NCBI GenBank assembly: GCA_965217865.1
Contig: CBDCJO010000002.1
Span: forward strand, 32,001 to 96,000
DNA length: 64,000 nt
Source of the DNA: Candidatus Latescibacterota bacterium
GTDB lineage: Bacteria; Latescibacterota; UBA2968; SICM01
Direction of reading: 5' to 3'
In this document: positions 43,170 through 53,466 of the stretch, in pieces
Layout: the number at the start of each line of letters is the position of its first letter
How positions within the stretch are numbered: position 1 is the stretch's first letter
Position numbers and translations under genes: made by a program
The notes under the pieces: generated by a model
Database searches by the model: none
What the model saw: only the letters and a program-made list of their open reading frames with translations
What the model was told of the DNA's origin: nothing

Positions 43170-43912
43170 GCTGGTATAAAGAGCTAGAGAATCAAGAAGC
43201 ATCATGGTTAACCAGACGAAGGTTGATATTCCACGCTGGTGAATCGTTGCGGGCTTGGGTTCGAGAGGCATGCGCGATTGCTTGGAATGCCAGAGTTGTG
43301 AATGTCTATGGTATGGCCGAATTTGACTCAGTAGGATGTGAGGGACTATCCGAGGACAGCCTCATCTTGAGCCCTCATCTGAAGTATGCCATCGCCACGC
43401 CGGATAGTGGTCTATTCAGGCGGCTAAGAAGAGGTACAGAAGGAGAACTCTTGATCCGTTTCCGCAGGGAGGCTGCTGACTGGTACCATACGCACGATCT
43501 GGTGCGTGTAATTGATCGAGCTCCGTCTGACGAAATCTTATGGCCTGGCAGTTGGCGCATCGAGCATCTTGGGCGGACTGACAATGTGTTGAAGCTGCCA
43601 GACGGTTCCCTTGTGAGCGCAGAGCAACTAGATGAGGTTGCACAGAAGCTTCCTGGGATCGAATATATACAGCTTCAGCTCATCCGGAGCACTTCGGCTC
43701 CTGCCAGATTGAGGTTACTAGTTTCACCGTGTCAGGAAGTTTGTCCTCCCTCTAAAGTCGAAATAGAGGCATTGCTTATGGAACGATGTTTCGAACTAGC
43801 AGACGCAGTCAAATATAATGTAGTATTTGTTGAAGTCTTGTTAGTAAGTGTCTCCCAGTTGAAGCGAACTCCAAGGGGAAAGATTCAGAGCTTTGTGGAG
43901 ATCAACACATGA
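43159..43912 (+). pseudogene. Phenylacetate-CoA ligase-like adenylate-forming enzyme, 5'-truncated
   Basis: HAGE, NVYGMAE, WYHTHDLV, LGRTDNV, RTPRGK motifs; no start codon after the junction. Confidence 0.75.
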
Positions 43913-45225
43913 GTCTGCTTAGGCGAGTGGTTGAACATCCTCGATTCGATCAACGGGAAAGTGAATATCTTCGATGGTACCCGAAGACCCTTTCTTCAAG
44001 TCACAATGATCCTGCGTGGAAGGCAAGCTCTCTCAGAGGAGCATATATCCACATTCCATTCTGCGATAGGATTTGCAAATTCTGTCCATTCAATAAGATT
44101 GTGGCTGAAGATGTAGCAGTTGCTCGTTTTGTGAATGCATTGCGGCAGGAAATTCAAATACTTTCCGGAAGTATCGGTCCGGGGCCGTTGAGTTTCATCT
44201 ACTTTGGCGGTGGTACACCATCGGTTCTTAATCCGAATCAGATCTCAAGTATTCTCGAAGAAATAGATATGAGGTGGGGTTTAACTGGTGATGTCGAAGT
44301 TACACTGGAAACTCACCCAACCCATGCTAGGAAACATAGGCTTTATGCATCTGCTGCCGCAGGTATCAACCGTATTAGTATTGGAATCCAGAGCTTTGGA
44401 GGTCAACTCCTATCTGCCTTGGGGGCCACCCATGAGGCCCAAGATAGCTGGAAAGCTTTAGAGGATGCCTGTGCTGTATTCGAAAATGTTGCCGCAGATC
44501 TATTGTATCGCTATTGGCCCCAGACTATCGAAAATTGGCATGATGATCTAAAAATCGTCCTGGAGGAGTTCCAGATTCCGCACCTTAGTTGCTACGCACT
44601 TATCCCCTTTGGCGGACTCACCACTCAACCCCAACCGTCACAGGAAGAGGAAGTAGAATTTGCGCTCGAAGCGTTGAACTTCGGTCAGGCCCACGGTCTC
44701 CATCACTATGCATCTTGTGCGAGTGGAGGATTTGACATCGCAAAATCTGACCGAAGGTGCCGATACGAACTCGAACATTGGCGTAGTCCACAAAGCGATT
44801 TTGTTGGTTTGGGGCCTGGGGCGTTTGGCTTCGCTGGAGGCCATTCGACGGTGAATCGTTTGGGATTAATTGGCTACTGCAATCTCCTTGAGCAGGGACG
44901 TCTCCCTCTGGCTTCGATTGTACCCGTAAGTCAGATGGAACTTCGTCACCGATATTTTGTCCTGGGAGTGAAGGCACTTGAGGTTCCATTTGCGCCTTAT
45001 AGGTCTCTTTTCGAGAGAGACCCATTTCAGGACTTTGCAGATCCAATCGAAATGCTCGAACAGGAAGGACTTGCCAATGTTGATAGAGACTCGATGCGAT
45101 TGAGTCCCGTAGGTCGTCTCTACGTGGATACCTGTAGTACTCTCTTTTTCAGTAAATCTCAACGCGGTGTTCCTCATCCCGAGGAGCCCGAAGTAAGGGC
45201 TATCGAACGACTACTCCCTTGTTGA
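43909..45225 (+). CDS. HemN-like radical SAM enzyme
   Basis: YIHIPFCDRICKFCPF, YFGGGTPS, RISIGIQSF, GLGPGA. Confidence 0.9.
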   Translation: MSLLRRVVEHPRFDQRESEYLRWYPKTLSSSHNDPAWKASSLRGAYIHIPFCDRICKFCPFNKIVAEDVAVARFVNALRQEIQILSGSIGPGPLSFIYFGGGTPSVLNPNQISSILEEIDMRWGLTGDVEVTLETHPTHARKHRLYASAAAGINRISIGIQSFGGQLLSALGATHEAQDSWKALEDACAVFENVAADLLYRYWPQTIENWHDDLKIVLEEFQIPHLSCYALIPFGGLTTQPQPSQEEEVEFALEALNFGQAHGLHHYASCASGGFDIAKSDRRCRYELEHWRSPQSDFVGLGPGAFGFAGGHSTVNRLGLIGYCNLLEQGRLPLASIVPVSQMELRHRYFVLGVKALEVPFAPYRSLFERDPFQDFADPIEMLEQEGLANVDRDSMRLSPVGRLYVDTCSTLFFSKSQRGVPHPEEPEVRAIERLLPC

Positions 45226-45404
45226 TGGTTGACCCAGGCAGGTTCCTGTCGCAATGATGTTGAAGGGGCATCGACTCAACCCCCATATAGTAGCAAATGT
45301 GGTATGATAATTGCATGGCCCGGCCGAATCAATATATTGCTGAATGGGTCGATCTGCCTCGGGGGGTCGATGGTTTTATAAGCATTTAAGCTCATGATAC
45401 CATA

Positions 45405-46013
45405 ATGCACAAGGAGACATTGCTGTTTACCATTGAAACATTTCAATCACGCGCTCTTTCGGATAACTGGCATGAACGCGAAGAAGCAGGCTTCGCCCTG
45501 CGCGATCTTATGGAGAAATACTTTGACGAAGTTATGACTCTAACGGAGGGGTGGGTGACACATCCTTCTGAACGAGTACGGCGGGCAGCCTGCTTGGCTT
45601 GCATGCAGCGAAAGGCATATACCACTCCCGTACGTTTGCGTAAGATTCTGAGAAGGTTAGAGAAACTTATGGCTGATGATACAATGTATGTCCGAAAGTG
45701 TTGCGGTCCCTTCGTAGTAGGCTATCTTGGATATACATATCCCACATATACAATTCCTTGGCTCAGGAAGCAGGCAAAAAGGCATGATGTAAATGTGCGG
45801 ACAAATGTCGCAAAGGCATTCTCTCAGGCCCTCGGGCGACGTCATCCGGCCGAGGGCCTATCTATACTTCAAATCCTCGCGAATGACGAACGCCATCGAG
45901 TGCGTTCAGCTGTTTTAGCAGCCTTACGTAATATAGTTAAGTGGAAGTCCACTTCTCCCAAAGGAATCAAACTCCGATTACCAAATCTCTATGATCAAGT
46001 AATTCGGAAATAA
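45405..46013 (+). CDS. HEAT-repeat protein (DNA-alkylation-repair-enzyme-like)
   Basis: Repeated D/S...VRR/VRK/VRT/VRS helical units. Confidence 0.75.
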   Translation: MHKETLLFTIETFQSRALSDNWHEREEAGFALRDLMEKYFDEVMTLTEGWVTHPSERVRRAACLACMQRKAYTTPVRLRKILRRLEKLMADDTMYVRKCCGPFVVGYLGYTYPTYTIPWLRKQAKRHDVNVRTNVAKAFSQALGRRHPAEGLSILQILANDERHRVRSAVLAALRNIVKWKSTSPKGIKLRLPNLYDQVIRK

Positions 46014-46021
46014 ATTGGAAA

Positions 46022-47365
46022 ATGGAACACCTAGATGTCGTGATTGTAGGAGCGGGACTGGCCGGGCTTGCGACAGCGAGCCTTCTCACTCAGCGTGGCA
46101 TTCGGATTCGTATACTAGAGTCACGTACACGACCCGGAGGACGGATACTTACGTTGCGGGATCGTTGTTATGAGGGTCCTATAGATATGGGAGGTGAGTT
46201 CGTTGGGCGGCATCATGCTTCTACATTGGACTGGTGTAGCAAGTTTGGGATACAGCTAGGTCACGGATGTGGTAGTAATGGGAAGAACGTCCTTCCTGAA
46301 AGTGTAATCATAGACAATTCTCCGGTCGACTGTTATCATCACAACCAATTGAAACAAGAGCTTGAATGTGTTGTGGACAATTGTGTAGAAATGGCAAGAA
46401 AGGTTGATTTCGCGCGTCCCTGGAACTCCCCTTATGATGTCTCTTTATTGGATCGTATCTCGGTGGATGATTGGTTGCTGAAGAAGGGATTCTCTGATTC
46501 TCTGCGCAAGATTTTCTCTGATGTAGCTCCGGGTAGTCAGTCAATGTTAGGCTTGCTATCCTTGGTGGCAGGTGCCGGTGGCAGTTCTTTCTTCTTCGAT
46601 ACGGAAGCATTTACTATCGGAGATGGCGCAGGATCTCTCATTGGAGCCATCAGCAACTCCCTTGAGGATGTTATAAATTTTGAAATGCCAGTTGAACGCA
46701 TAGAAATTGCCAAGAGAAGTGTGGTTGTAGAAGCAAAGAGATCCAATGGACAACGATGTCAGTATCGGACGAGAGCAGTGGTTGTAGCTATACCACCTTC
46801 ATGCTGGCCCTATATCTCTGGGTTCCCAGGATTTCTTCTTAATCTTGCTCCCGAAATGTCAAAGAATCGAAAGCTGTCATTGATTGTGAAGCTGGCAAAA
46901 CGTGACCATTTACCCGGGGGTTGTGAGATATTGACAGACGGACCATGCCGACTCATTAGGCAATCTCACTTCCCAAATTTTCGACGTGAACGAGTTGCTA
47001 AAGTGGATATTTTGGTATGTCCGTTTTTGGGGAGAGGAAATCTCACAAAACGGGCTCTTGCAAGCACAGCGATGAAGTCATGCAACATCCATAATCGAAG
47101 ACTGAGAGCTGTCCATGAGCATCGATGGGATAGGGTGATCTGGTCACGTGGTGCTTACCCAGTATTTGGACCTAACCGCCTTTCCCGCAATTACCATTGG
47201 ATAATAGACGGACAACCTCCAATGTTCTTCGCGGGCGATTGTGTTATTCCCGGATATGCTGGATATATGGAAGGAGCTTTGCGTTCTTCTGAGATCGCAG
47301 TACATCAAGTCACACAATTCCTCAAAGCAAGTCACAGGCTTGATCGCTTGACAGGATTGGCCTAG
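46022..47365 (+). CDS. Flavin-dependent amine oxidase family protein
   Basis: VIVGAGLAGL, GGR, DMGGEF, WSRGAY, FAGD...GYMEGALRS. Confidence 0.9.
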   Translation: MEHLDVVIVGAGLAGLATASLLTQRGIRIRILESRTRPGGRILTLRDRCYEGPIDMGGEFVGRHHASTLDWCSKFGIQLGHGCGSNGKNVLPESVIIDNSPVDCYHHNQLKQELECVVDNCVEMARKVDFARPWNSPYDVSLLDRISVDDWLLKKGFSDSLRKIFSDVAPGSQSMLGLLSLVAGAGGSSFFFDTEAFTIGDGAGSLIGAISNSLEDVINFEMPVERIEIAKRSVVVEAKRSNGQRCQYRTRAVVVAIPPSCWPYISGFPGFLLNLAPEMSKNRKLSLIVKLAKRDHLPGGCEILTDGPCRLIRQSHFPNFRRERVAKVDILVCPFLGRGNLTKRALASTAMKSCNIHNRRLRAVHEHRWDRVIWSRGAYPVFGPNRLSRNYHWIIDGQPPMFFAGDCVIPGYAGYMEGALRSSEIAVHQVTQFLKASHRLDRLTGLA

Positions 47366-47705
47366 TGATCCACGCAAACCCTCCTTCGGAGTTTCCCATC
47401 ATGAGCTGAAGGAGGGCGGTCATGGTGTTTGCTTTGCGCCAGAGAGTCAGATAGGCGCCAATCGATCCCGTGTCCGACTCCAACCTCTCAAAATACCTAT
47501 TAACAAAGGCGGAAAATAAGACCCACAGGTGGAATGGCTCTTGCGACCTCATATGAGGCGTGTAAAGCGGCTTGCACAGCCTCTCCACAAAGTCGTCAAA
47601 GCCTTCCGTCCTCACACCTGATTCAGCTTCTGGTAGAACGGACACTCCGATGACTGCACCAGAGCGCTGGATGTTATAAACAGGCTCTCCTGTCTCTGTC
47701 GTCAT
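47322..47705 (-). CDS. Hypothetical protein
   Basis: 127-aa ORF on the opposite strand; IS-like end TTTTTCAACGGGCTGTTAG near 47815-47832. Confidence 0.35.
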   Translation of the reverse strand: MTTETGEPVYNIQRSGAVIGVSVLPEAESGVRTEGFDDFVERLCKPLYTPHMRSQEPFHLWVLFSAFVNRYFERLESDTGSIGAYLTLWRKANTMTALLQLMMGNSEGGFAWITRPILSSDQACDLL

Positions 47706-47863
47706 CGCTTCCCCATTGCCATGGCTTCGCCCCCCCTTCCAAAGTTTGAACCTGCTCTATCATAAGCCCACACCATGGGGGAAGACAAGAGTCAATTTGG
47801 GCATGAATCGCAGTTTTTCAACGGGCTGTTAGGTCGATTGTCTCCATATGAGCGATCATTGGA

Positions 47864-48595
47864 ATGAGTTATATACGAGAAGATGAGCGAGCGTTCTCAT
47901 TCGAGAGCAATGTTCTTGTCCCTGTTCTAGATGCAATATGGCCCTTCAGCGGTGTTATAGAGATCAATGGCATAGGCCATGTGCTGGTAAAGCAGAATGT
48001 CAAAACTGAAATTCACCTATTTTCAACGACTACCAATAGTTCCTTCAAAGATCGTCTGAAACTCACCATGACTTCTAGGGGAGTCACTAGTTCACGTGAC
48101 ACAAAGAGATCTATAGGAGAAACCAAATATGAGAGGATGGAGAGGGACCGAATGGGATTGAATGTAACCTTGGAAATGCTCCATAACTTCGGGACATTGC
48201 TTTCCTCATTTCTTAAGGAGCGAGTGAGTCTAACGTATCTTTCTCGTGGACGAACATTCAGAGTAGGTATTGATAAGGTTGTTGCCTTCAACCCCGGAGA
48301 TCCGTCTGTACATGGGGAGCCCTTCTTTCATATTGAATTCGAGGATAGCGATATTCTCGAATCGGATGATATCTATAATTCGGATTTTTTCAGAATCAAG
48401 CTTGAACCTCTACTCATACCGCTCGAATATGAAGATACAAAATGGCTGAAGGCCTGCCGGTTCTGTCCAAAGGATTTCTCATTGACGTTCGAAACACCGG
48501 ACAAACTGCTGGATTATTTCAAGAAGGTGATTGACAGCATTATGCCTGCGAAAGTGCCTCTCGAAGATTTCATTTTGAGCCAGGTACATTCGTGA
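47864..48595 (+). CDS. Divergent CYTH-like protein
   Basis: N-terminal EDERAF, R...VGIDKV, HIEFE, TKW, paralleling CYTH motifs. Confidence 0.6.
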   Translation: MSYIREDERAFSFESNVLVPVLDAIWPFSGVIEINGIGHVLVKQNVKTEIHLFSTTTNSSFKDRLKLTMTSRGVTSSRDTKRSIGETKYERMERDRMGLNVTLEMLHNFGTLLSSFLKERVSLTYLSRGRTFRVGIDKVVAFNPGDPSVHGEPFFHIEFEDSDILESDDIYNSDFFRIKLEPLLIPLEYEDTKWLKACRFCPKDFSLTFETPDKLLDYFKKVIDSIMPAKVPLEDFILSQVHS

Positions 48596-48866
48596 TAGGT
48601 CAGCCTTGATCCGGTGATAATGACCTCGCTAAGCACAGGATTGGCTCAGGTTAAGTGCATTCTAGGATGGATTCCCGAATCTACCAGAGAAACCATGCCA
48701 ACTCAAAACCCTTCCATCACTTTCAATGTGGGTGGATCGCTAAACCCTGGCATACAAACCTATTAGGACTTCTAGGAAATTGAGTATATTTCTCAGATAT
48801 GGTGATTTCACCTCTCCGAAGTTCATCCTTTGTCACCCGTGAATCCTGGAGGGAGGGAGGCAAATC

Positions 48867-49589
48867 GTGAAATTTATCGAGAATTTTGAATGTGAGATAA
48901 AGATGAGATGTGATTACGGACATGACTATAGAAGTGCGCTTGATACTATTGGGACAAAGTGTCATTCTATGGTCTATTGCGGTAATGAGACAATCCTTGA
49001 TACCTACTTTGATACATCCAATCATCTTCTCTTAAGATGTGGCCATACGCTTCGTAAGAGGTATCGCAAAGATAAGAGTGTCAAGTATAACTACAAATTT
49101 CCACTTGAAATTCGAAATGATATACTGGTAAGTAGAGAAATTATAGCAGACACTGGGAGTCAGCTACTTGATCTAGGAGATCCCTTTCATCTGAGATTGC
49201 CGATACTATCTCATTTAGTGTCATTCTTAGTTCAGGAGAACTTCTTATTGGCCAAAGATAGTGAGAATATGGTCGACAATATCCTGCATGACTTCTCCCC
49301 GCAAATTCTATTGTGTACCAAGCGAACGCTTTACATCCCAGTTGAAGAGAAGTGGTATATGACAGGGGTTGTCCTTGTTGATAGAGTTGAGTGTTTCAAA
49401 TCTAAGACCTATGGAGAGAAACCTGATCTTTCCTTTTCGGAGTTGGAAATGGAGCTGTGGGATGGAAAGGTTTGCCCTGGTACTATTGATATATTGGAGG
49501 AGAGGAAATTGGCGTTGATGTCATTGGGATATACTCCAACTCATGAATCCAAGTATTCTTATGCTGTTCATATGGTTGAGAAGATGTAG
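48867..49589 (+). CDS. CYTH domain protein (triphosphatase/adenylate cyclase family)
   Basis: ECEIK, DTYFDT, LRKR, DRV, ELEMEL, SKY. Confidence 0.85.
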   Translation: MKFIENFECEIKMRCDYGHDYRSALDTIGTKCHSMVYCGNETILDTYFDTSNHLLLRCGHTLRKRYRKDKSVKYNYKFPLEIRNDILVSREIIADTGSQLLDLGDPFHLRLPILSHLVSFLVQENFLLAKDSENMVDNILHDFSPQILLCTKRTLYIPVEEKWYMTGVVLVDRVECFKSKTYGEKPDLSFSELEMELWDGKVCPGTIDILEERKLALMSLGYTPTHESKYSYAVHMVEKM

Positions 49590-49910
49590 TTTTGTCAGAG
49601 TCGATCCCCTTTTGGGTTTACATCTGGAGCGTGTCTGCATTATCAAGATGCATCGAACCTCTTGCGATGTGGCCTGTCTGATTGTCAGCAGCGGGCAGTT
49701 TTGAAACCGTTTCCGTCAACGCCTGCGGCCCGGAGCTTGTGCAACAATGACATGAGGAGTTTTATCGAAAGTCGGTAAGCATATATGGGAGTATTATCAC
49801 AGCGTGATCGGAAACCATTGGGGGGGATGCATCCAAGTGTCTTCCGGAAAGCCTGCCAAGTGGCTCAGAAGAAACAAAGCCTTGACGCGGTTCGTGAAGG
49901 GTGAATTCGT

Positions 49911-50270
49911 ATGCGAAGCATTGAGATAAATCTTGGTAGTGCATCGAATGAAAGATGGGTCCCTGCCGTTCTTGAACAGATATGCGAATCTTTCGGTCTT
50001 CGTTCAACATTGAAAGGCACCCTCAAGAGTTATCCAGGATCCTTTCATTGGCATTTCAAGAAGGGAGATCGTCGGGGTACTCTGGAGGTAACATTCTGGC
50101 CTCGCATGAATCGTGCTTGGCTATCAGTTCAAGAAGGGCGGACAGGAAATTGGATTGACGAGGTGATAGTTCCTCTTAAGGATCGGATGGAGCAGCAACT
50201 TAGTCAGGGTAAGGAGGTTCATCGTAATTTTGGAAAGAGTTCAAGGCAAGATGGTCAAAGCCACAAGTAG
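49911..50270 (+). CDS. Hypothetical protein
   Basis: KGTLKSYPGSFHWHFKKG...GTLEVT; 119 aa. Confidence 0.6.
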   Translation: MRSIEINLGSASNERWVPAVLEQICESFGLRSTLKGTLKSYPGSFHWHFKKGDRRGTLEVTFWPRMNRAWLSVQEGRTGNWIDEVIVPLKDRMEQQLSQGKEVHRNFGKSSRQDGQSHK

Positions 50271-50581
50271 ACCACTATATCGCTCCCTGGCGGTAGCTTA
50301 GCCCTCCATTTGTGATCCCAAGGCAGCTTCGCCACAATTTGCAGCTTGGTTGCCCTCCAGGATCTCCTTTTACGAGAGGGGGCGAGATCGGATTCGCTGC
50401 ACGGAGAAACAGACTGCCTTCCTGGCAGTTGCCCGCTTCGCTACCTCTTGAACGAGAAACTTTCAGCTGGAGTCTTGGCATTTTCGCCTCTTTGGGCAAA
50501 CACTCCCCCAAAATCACCAATGAGCAAGGCCTTAGTGGAGAGCCAAGCCTGAGGGTATTATTAGAGGAGAACTCTACTGTC

Positions 50582-50986
50582 GTGGAAAAGTCTCTCTATC
50601 TTGGGATAGTTTTGACTAAGCAGACTATTAGGATTTGTGTAGTGGATGAGTGCGGAAACCAAATTGGTCATATGGCGATGAGTCGCAATTCGGGAAACGT
50701 TCCGGACCTTCAGAATTGGATTTCTGGAATTACTGCAAGGGGAACTAACCTTTACGCTGCCCTTGGCAATCCGGAGAAGGAAGTTGTGGACTTTCTACTT
50801 AGAAATAATATGGCTGTGGCGCCAATAGACATGACTAACCTGGATCAAGTTGTTACTCCTTGTAATATGGCGAGACCCAAGGCAACTCAGAGGGATGAGT
50901 GTAAGTTAGCTGAGTTCTTAAGGCTTCGGAATACAGAGAGTCTTGACTCGGATACGATAAGAAGATTGTTGGATGAGGAGATCTGA
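50582..50986 (+). CDS. Degenerate IS110-like N-terminal (RuvC/DEDD) domain protein
   Basis: YLGIV...ICVVDECG...KATQRDE.KLAEFLR; AGAGGA RBS before a GTG start. Confidence 0.5.
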   Translation: MEKSLYLGIVLTKQTIRICVVDECGNQIGHMAMSRNSGNVPDLQNWISGITARGTNLYAALGNPEKEVVDFLLRNNMAVAPIDMTNLDQVVTPCNMARPKATQRDECKLAEFLRLRNTESLDSDTIRRLLDEEI

Positions 50987-51460
50987 GGAAATCGTGACAA
51001 TGTGAAATGTTGAAATCAAGAGGACCTACGAGTAAGCCTCGATTTCTATTTCAGTATTATAGATTTAGGTCTTATTACATCGTGGTGTGCCTGTTATAAT
51101 TCTTCTTTGGTGTCACTTTATGGAGTAACAACAGGCTTTCGCATAATATATATAATGAGAAGAGGCAAAATGAGACAAGTCAACTAAATTTCATATTGAA
51201 TCAATTTGTGCTCTTTGTCTTGCCTTGCCTCTCATTTCTCGATATAGCGCTTGGAAGTAAGTCTTTTACTCTGACTCCAGAGATAGAGGGACCATTCTTT
51301 CACATCACAACTTTTATTTCTTACCTTTGCTTTACCGGTCCTTTCTTTGCCGCTGGTCTATTAGATGGCAGACGATAAAGACCATAAAATAGGAAGAGGA
51401 GCTCTTCCTGTCGTTTCGCATCATGAGCAGATAGGGAGGCGTATCTAGGGACTATGCGAA

Positions 51461-51736
51461 GTGAAATGCCGATATCAATGGGAAGACTCAATACTCAAAG
51501 GAAGCTTGTCGATCATGACTAAATTAATGAAGGAAATGTTAAGATATTTTTTAGATGATGAAATCAGATGTCCAAAATGTAACTCTCAAGATCATTCAAG
51601 AGTACACCTGCCCAATGATAGGGCCCCCTCAACGTCGTCATATGGAATGTACACTTTTGGTACAGGTTTTCTCATCAACCTACCTAATGTGTTTAGATAT
51701 AAGTGTAACAAATGTCAAAATACATGGAACGCTTAA
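51461..51736 (+). CDS. Small zinc-ribbon protein
   Basis: CPKCNS...YKCNKCQNTW. Confidence 0.55.
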   Translation: MKCRYQWEDSILKGSLSIMTKLMKEMLRYFLDDEIRCPKCNSQDHSRVHLPNDRAPSTSSYGMYTFGTGFLINLPNVFRYKCNKCQNTWNA

Positions 51737-52329
51737 GTACAAGCAAAATTATTTTTTCGGAAAGCCAATGTTGAAATATGTCCTTCGATTCTTTTGTTGC
51801 CCTATGAGTCATCTTGGCATAGTTCCTCAGCATCATCCTTTCATGCTCGCCCTCTATCATACCTTTCTCCTTTCACCGTATTGAGTGGGTTGTCATTGAG
51901 GTCTTCTTCCTTCGCCCGCTTCCTGGTCTTTGGTCTTGAGTGTAACCTCAAAGAACTCTGGCCAGCAGTTTCCGAGATAATAAATCTGGGCACCATTCTC
52001 ATTTGCGTTCTGAAGGAATTGAATGGCAAGATCTAGAGAAGAGCTTCTACCACAGCCTGGAAGTCCTCTGTGTATCTGACAAGGTATCTCGGCATTTTAG
52101 GTCTCCTAATTTCTCAATACCCATTAGGCTTATCGGGAGTTCTGCTTTCGGCAAACCCGTAGATGGTTTTCTCTCACGCATTTCCCGCACACAGGTCCTA
52201 ACAGGACTTCGGCAGGATCGTGATGAGCTAAGGCGTCAGAAAGCGGATAGACCAGGTATGGAACCACCTGGGATATCGTGAATTAGCTATCGCGGAGAGA
52301 ATGAACCACGTGAAATTAAAGGGATACAA

Positions 52330-53466
52330 TTGCCCGTGGAAAAATTGTTAAAAAATTCCGAGCTCGCAGATATTTCCGAAAAGGCCCTGAAAGGAGTTCG
52401 CCTTTCCAGAGAAGACGGCATACGCCTTTATGAGACCCAAGATCTTCCCGTCCTCGGAACCATGGCCAACCAGGTTCGGGAACGGATAAACGGCAACCTG
52501 GCCTACTACGTCCGAAATCAGCATATCAACTACACCAACATATGCAACAAATTTTCTAAATTTTGCTCTTTCTATGTAGCGCCGAAAGATGAACGGGGTT
52601 ATGTCCTCTACGCTGAGGATATCAAGGCTCGGGTCCTGGAGCATATCAAGATGCGGATCACGGAGATCCATATGGTGGCCGGCATAAACCCAAAGCTTCC
52701 GTACCAATATTACCTGGATATTCTAGATGCAGTCCGGGAGGCCAGACCGGACGTCCATATCAAGGCCTTTACCATGATCGAGCTGGCACAAATCCAGCGT
52801 GTAGCAAAGAAACCACTCCGCGACGTTCTCGTGGAGCTCAAAGCGCACGGCCTATCTTCCCTACCCGGTGGGGGCGCCGAAGTCTTTAGCGAACGTGTCC
52901 ACGAGGATCTTTTCTGGACCAAGGCCGACTCAGAGCAATGGCTGTCCATCGCGCGTATCGCACACGAGGTGGGGCTTCGCGCCAACGCAACGATGCTCTA
53001 CGGTCACGTCGAGAATACCGAAGAAAAAGTAGATCACCTGATTCGTCTCCGGGAACTTCAGGACGAAAAGGGGGGATTTCTCACTTATATCTCCCTCTCG
53101 TTTCACCCGGAAAGAACAGAACTGGAAACCATCCCAGGTCCGACGGGGTCTGACGATCTGAAGGAGATCGCGGTCGGCCGCTTGATGCTCGACAACTTTC
53201 CCCACATCAAGACCTTCTGGATCATGAACACGATCGAAGTCTCCCAGGCCGCCCTCTGGTATGGAGCGGATGACATCGACGGGACGATCATGGAGTACGA
53301 GATCACCCGGAAGACTGTTGAAGAGACAAAACAGATGCTCAGTTCCCAACAGCTTTTCGACCGGATCGTCGAGGCCGGCCGCGACCCGGTGGAACGCGAT
53401 AACCTCTACAACGTCGTCTCCGCCGAAAGGGAGGTTCCCCTCCCTGACGAGCTGCTCCAGGCTTAA
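52330..53466 (+). CDS. mqnE: Aminofutalosine synthase (radical SAM)
   Basis: HINYTNIC, EIHMVAG, LPGGGAE, NATMLYGH, DNFPHIK.FWIM, GADDIDGT. Confidence 0.88.
   Translation: MPVEKLLKNSELADISEKALKGVRLSREDGIRLYETQDLPVLGTMANQVRERINGNLAYYVRNQHINYTNICNKFSKFCSFYVAPKDERGYVLYAEDIKARVLEHIKMRITEIHMVAGINPKLPYQYYLDILDAVREARPDVHIKAFTMIELAQIQRVAKKPLRDVLVELKAHGLSSLPGGGAEVFSERVHEDLFWTKADSEQWLSIARIAHEVGLRANATMLYGHVENTEEKVDHLIRLRELQDEKGGFLTYISLSFHPERTELETIPGPTGSDDLKEIAVGRLMLDNFPHIKTFWIMNTIEVSQAALWYGADDIDGTIMEYEITRKTVEETKQMLSSQQLFDRIVEAGRDPVERDNLYNVVSAEREVPLPDELLQA

Noticed and set aside
43909-45225. Calling this gene hemN or hemW
   Set aside because: C-terminal signature motifs diverge and the context is accessory, so no symbol was assigned
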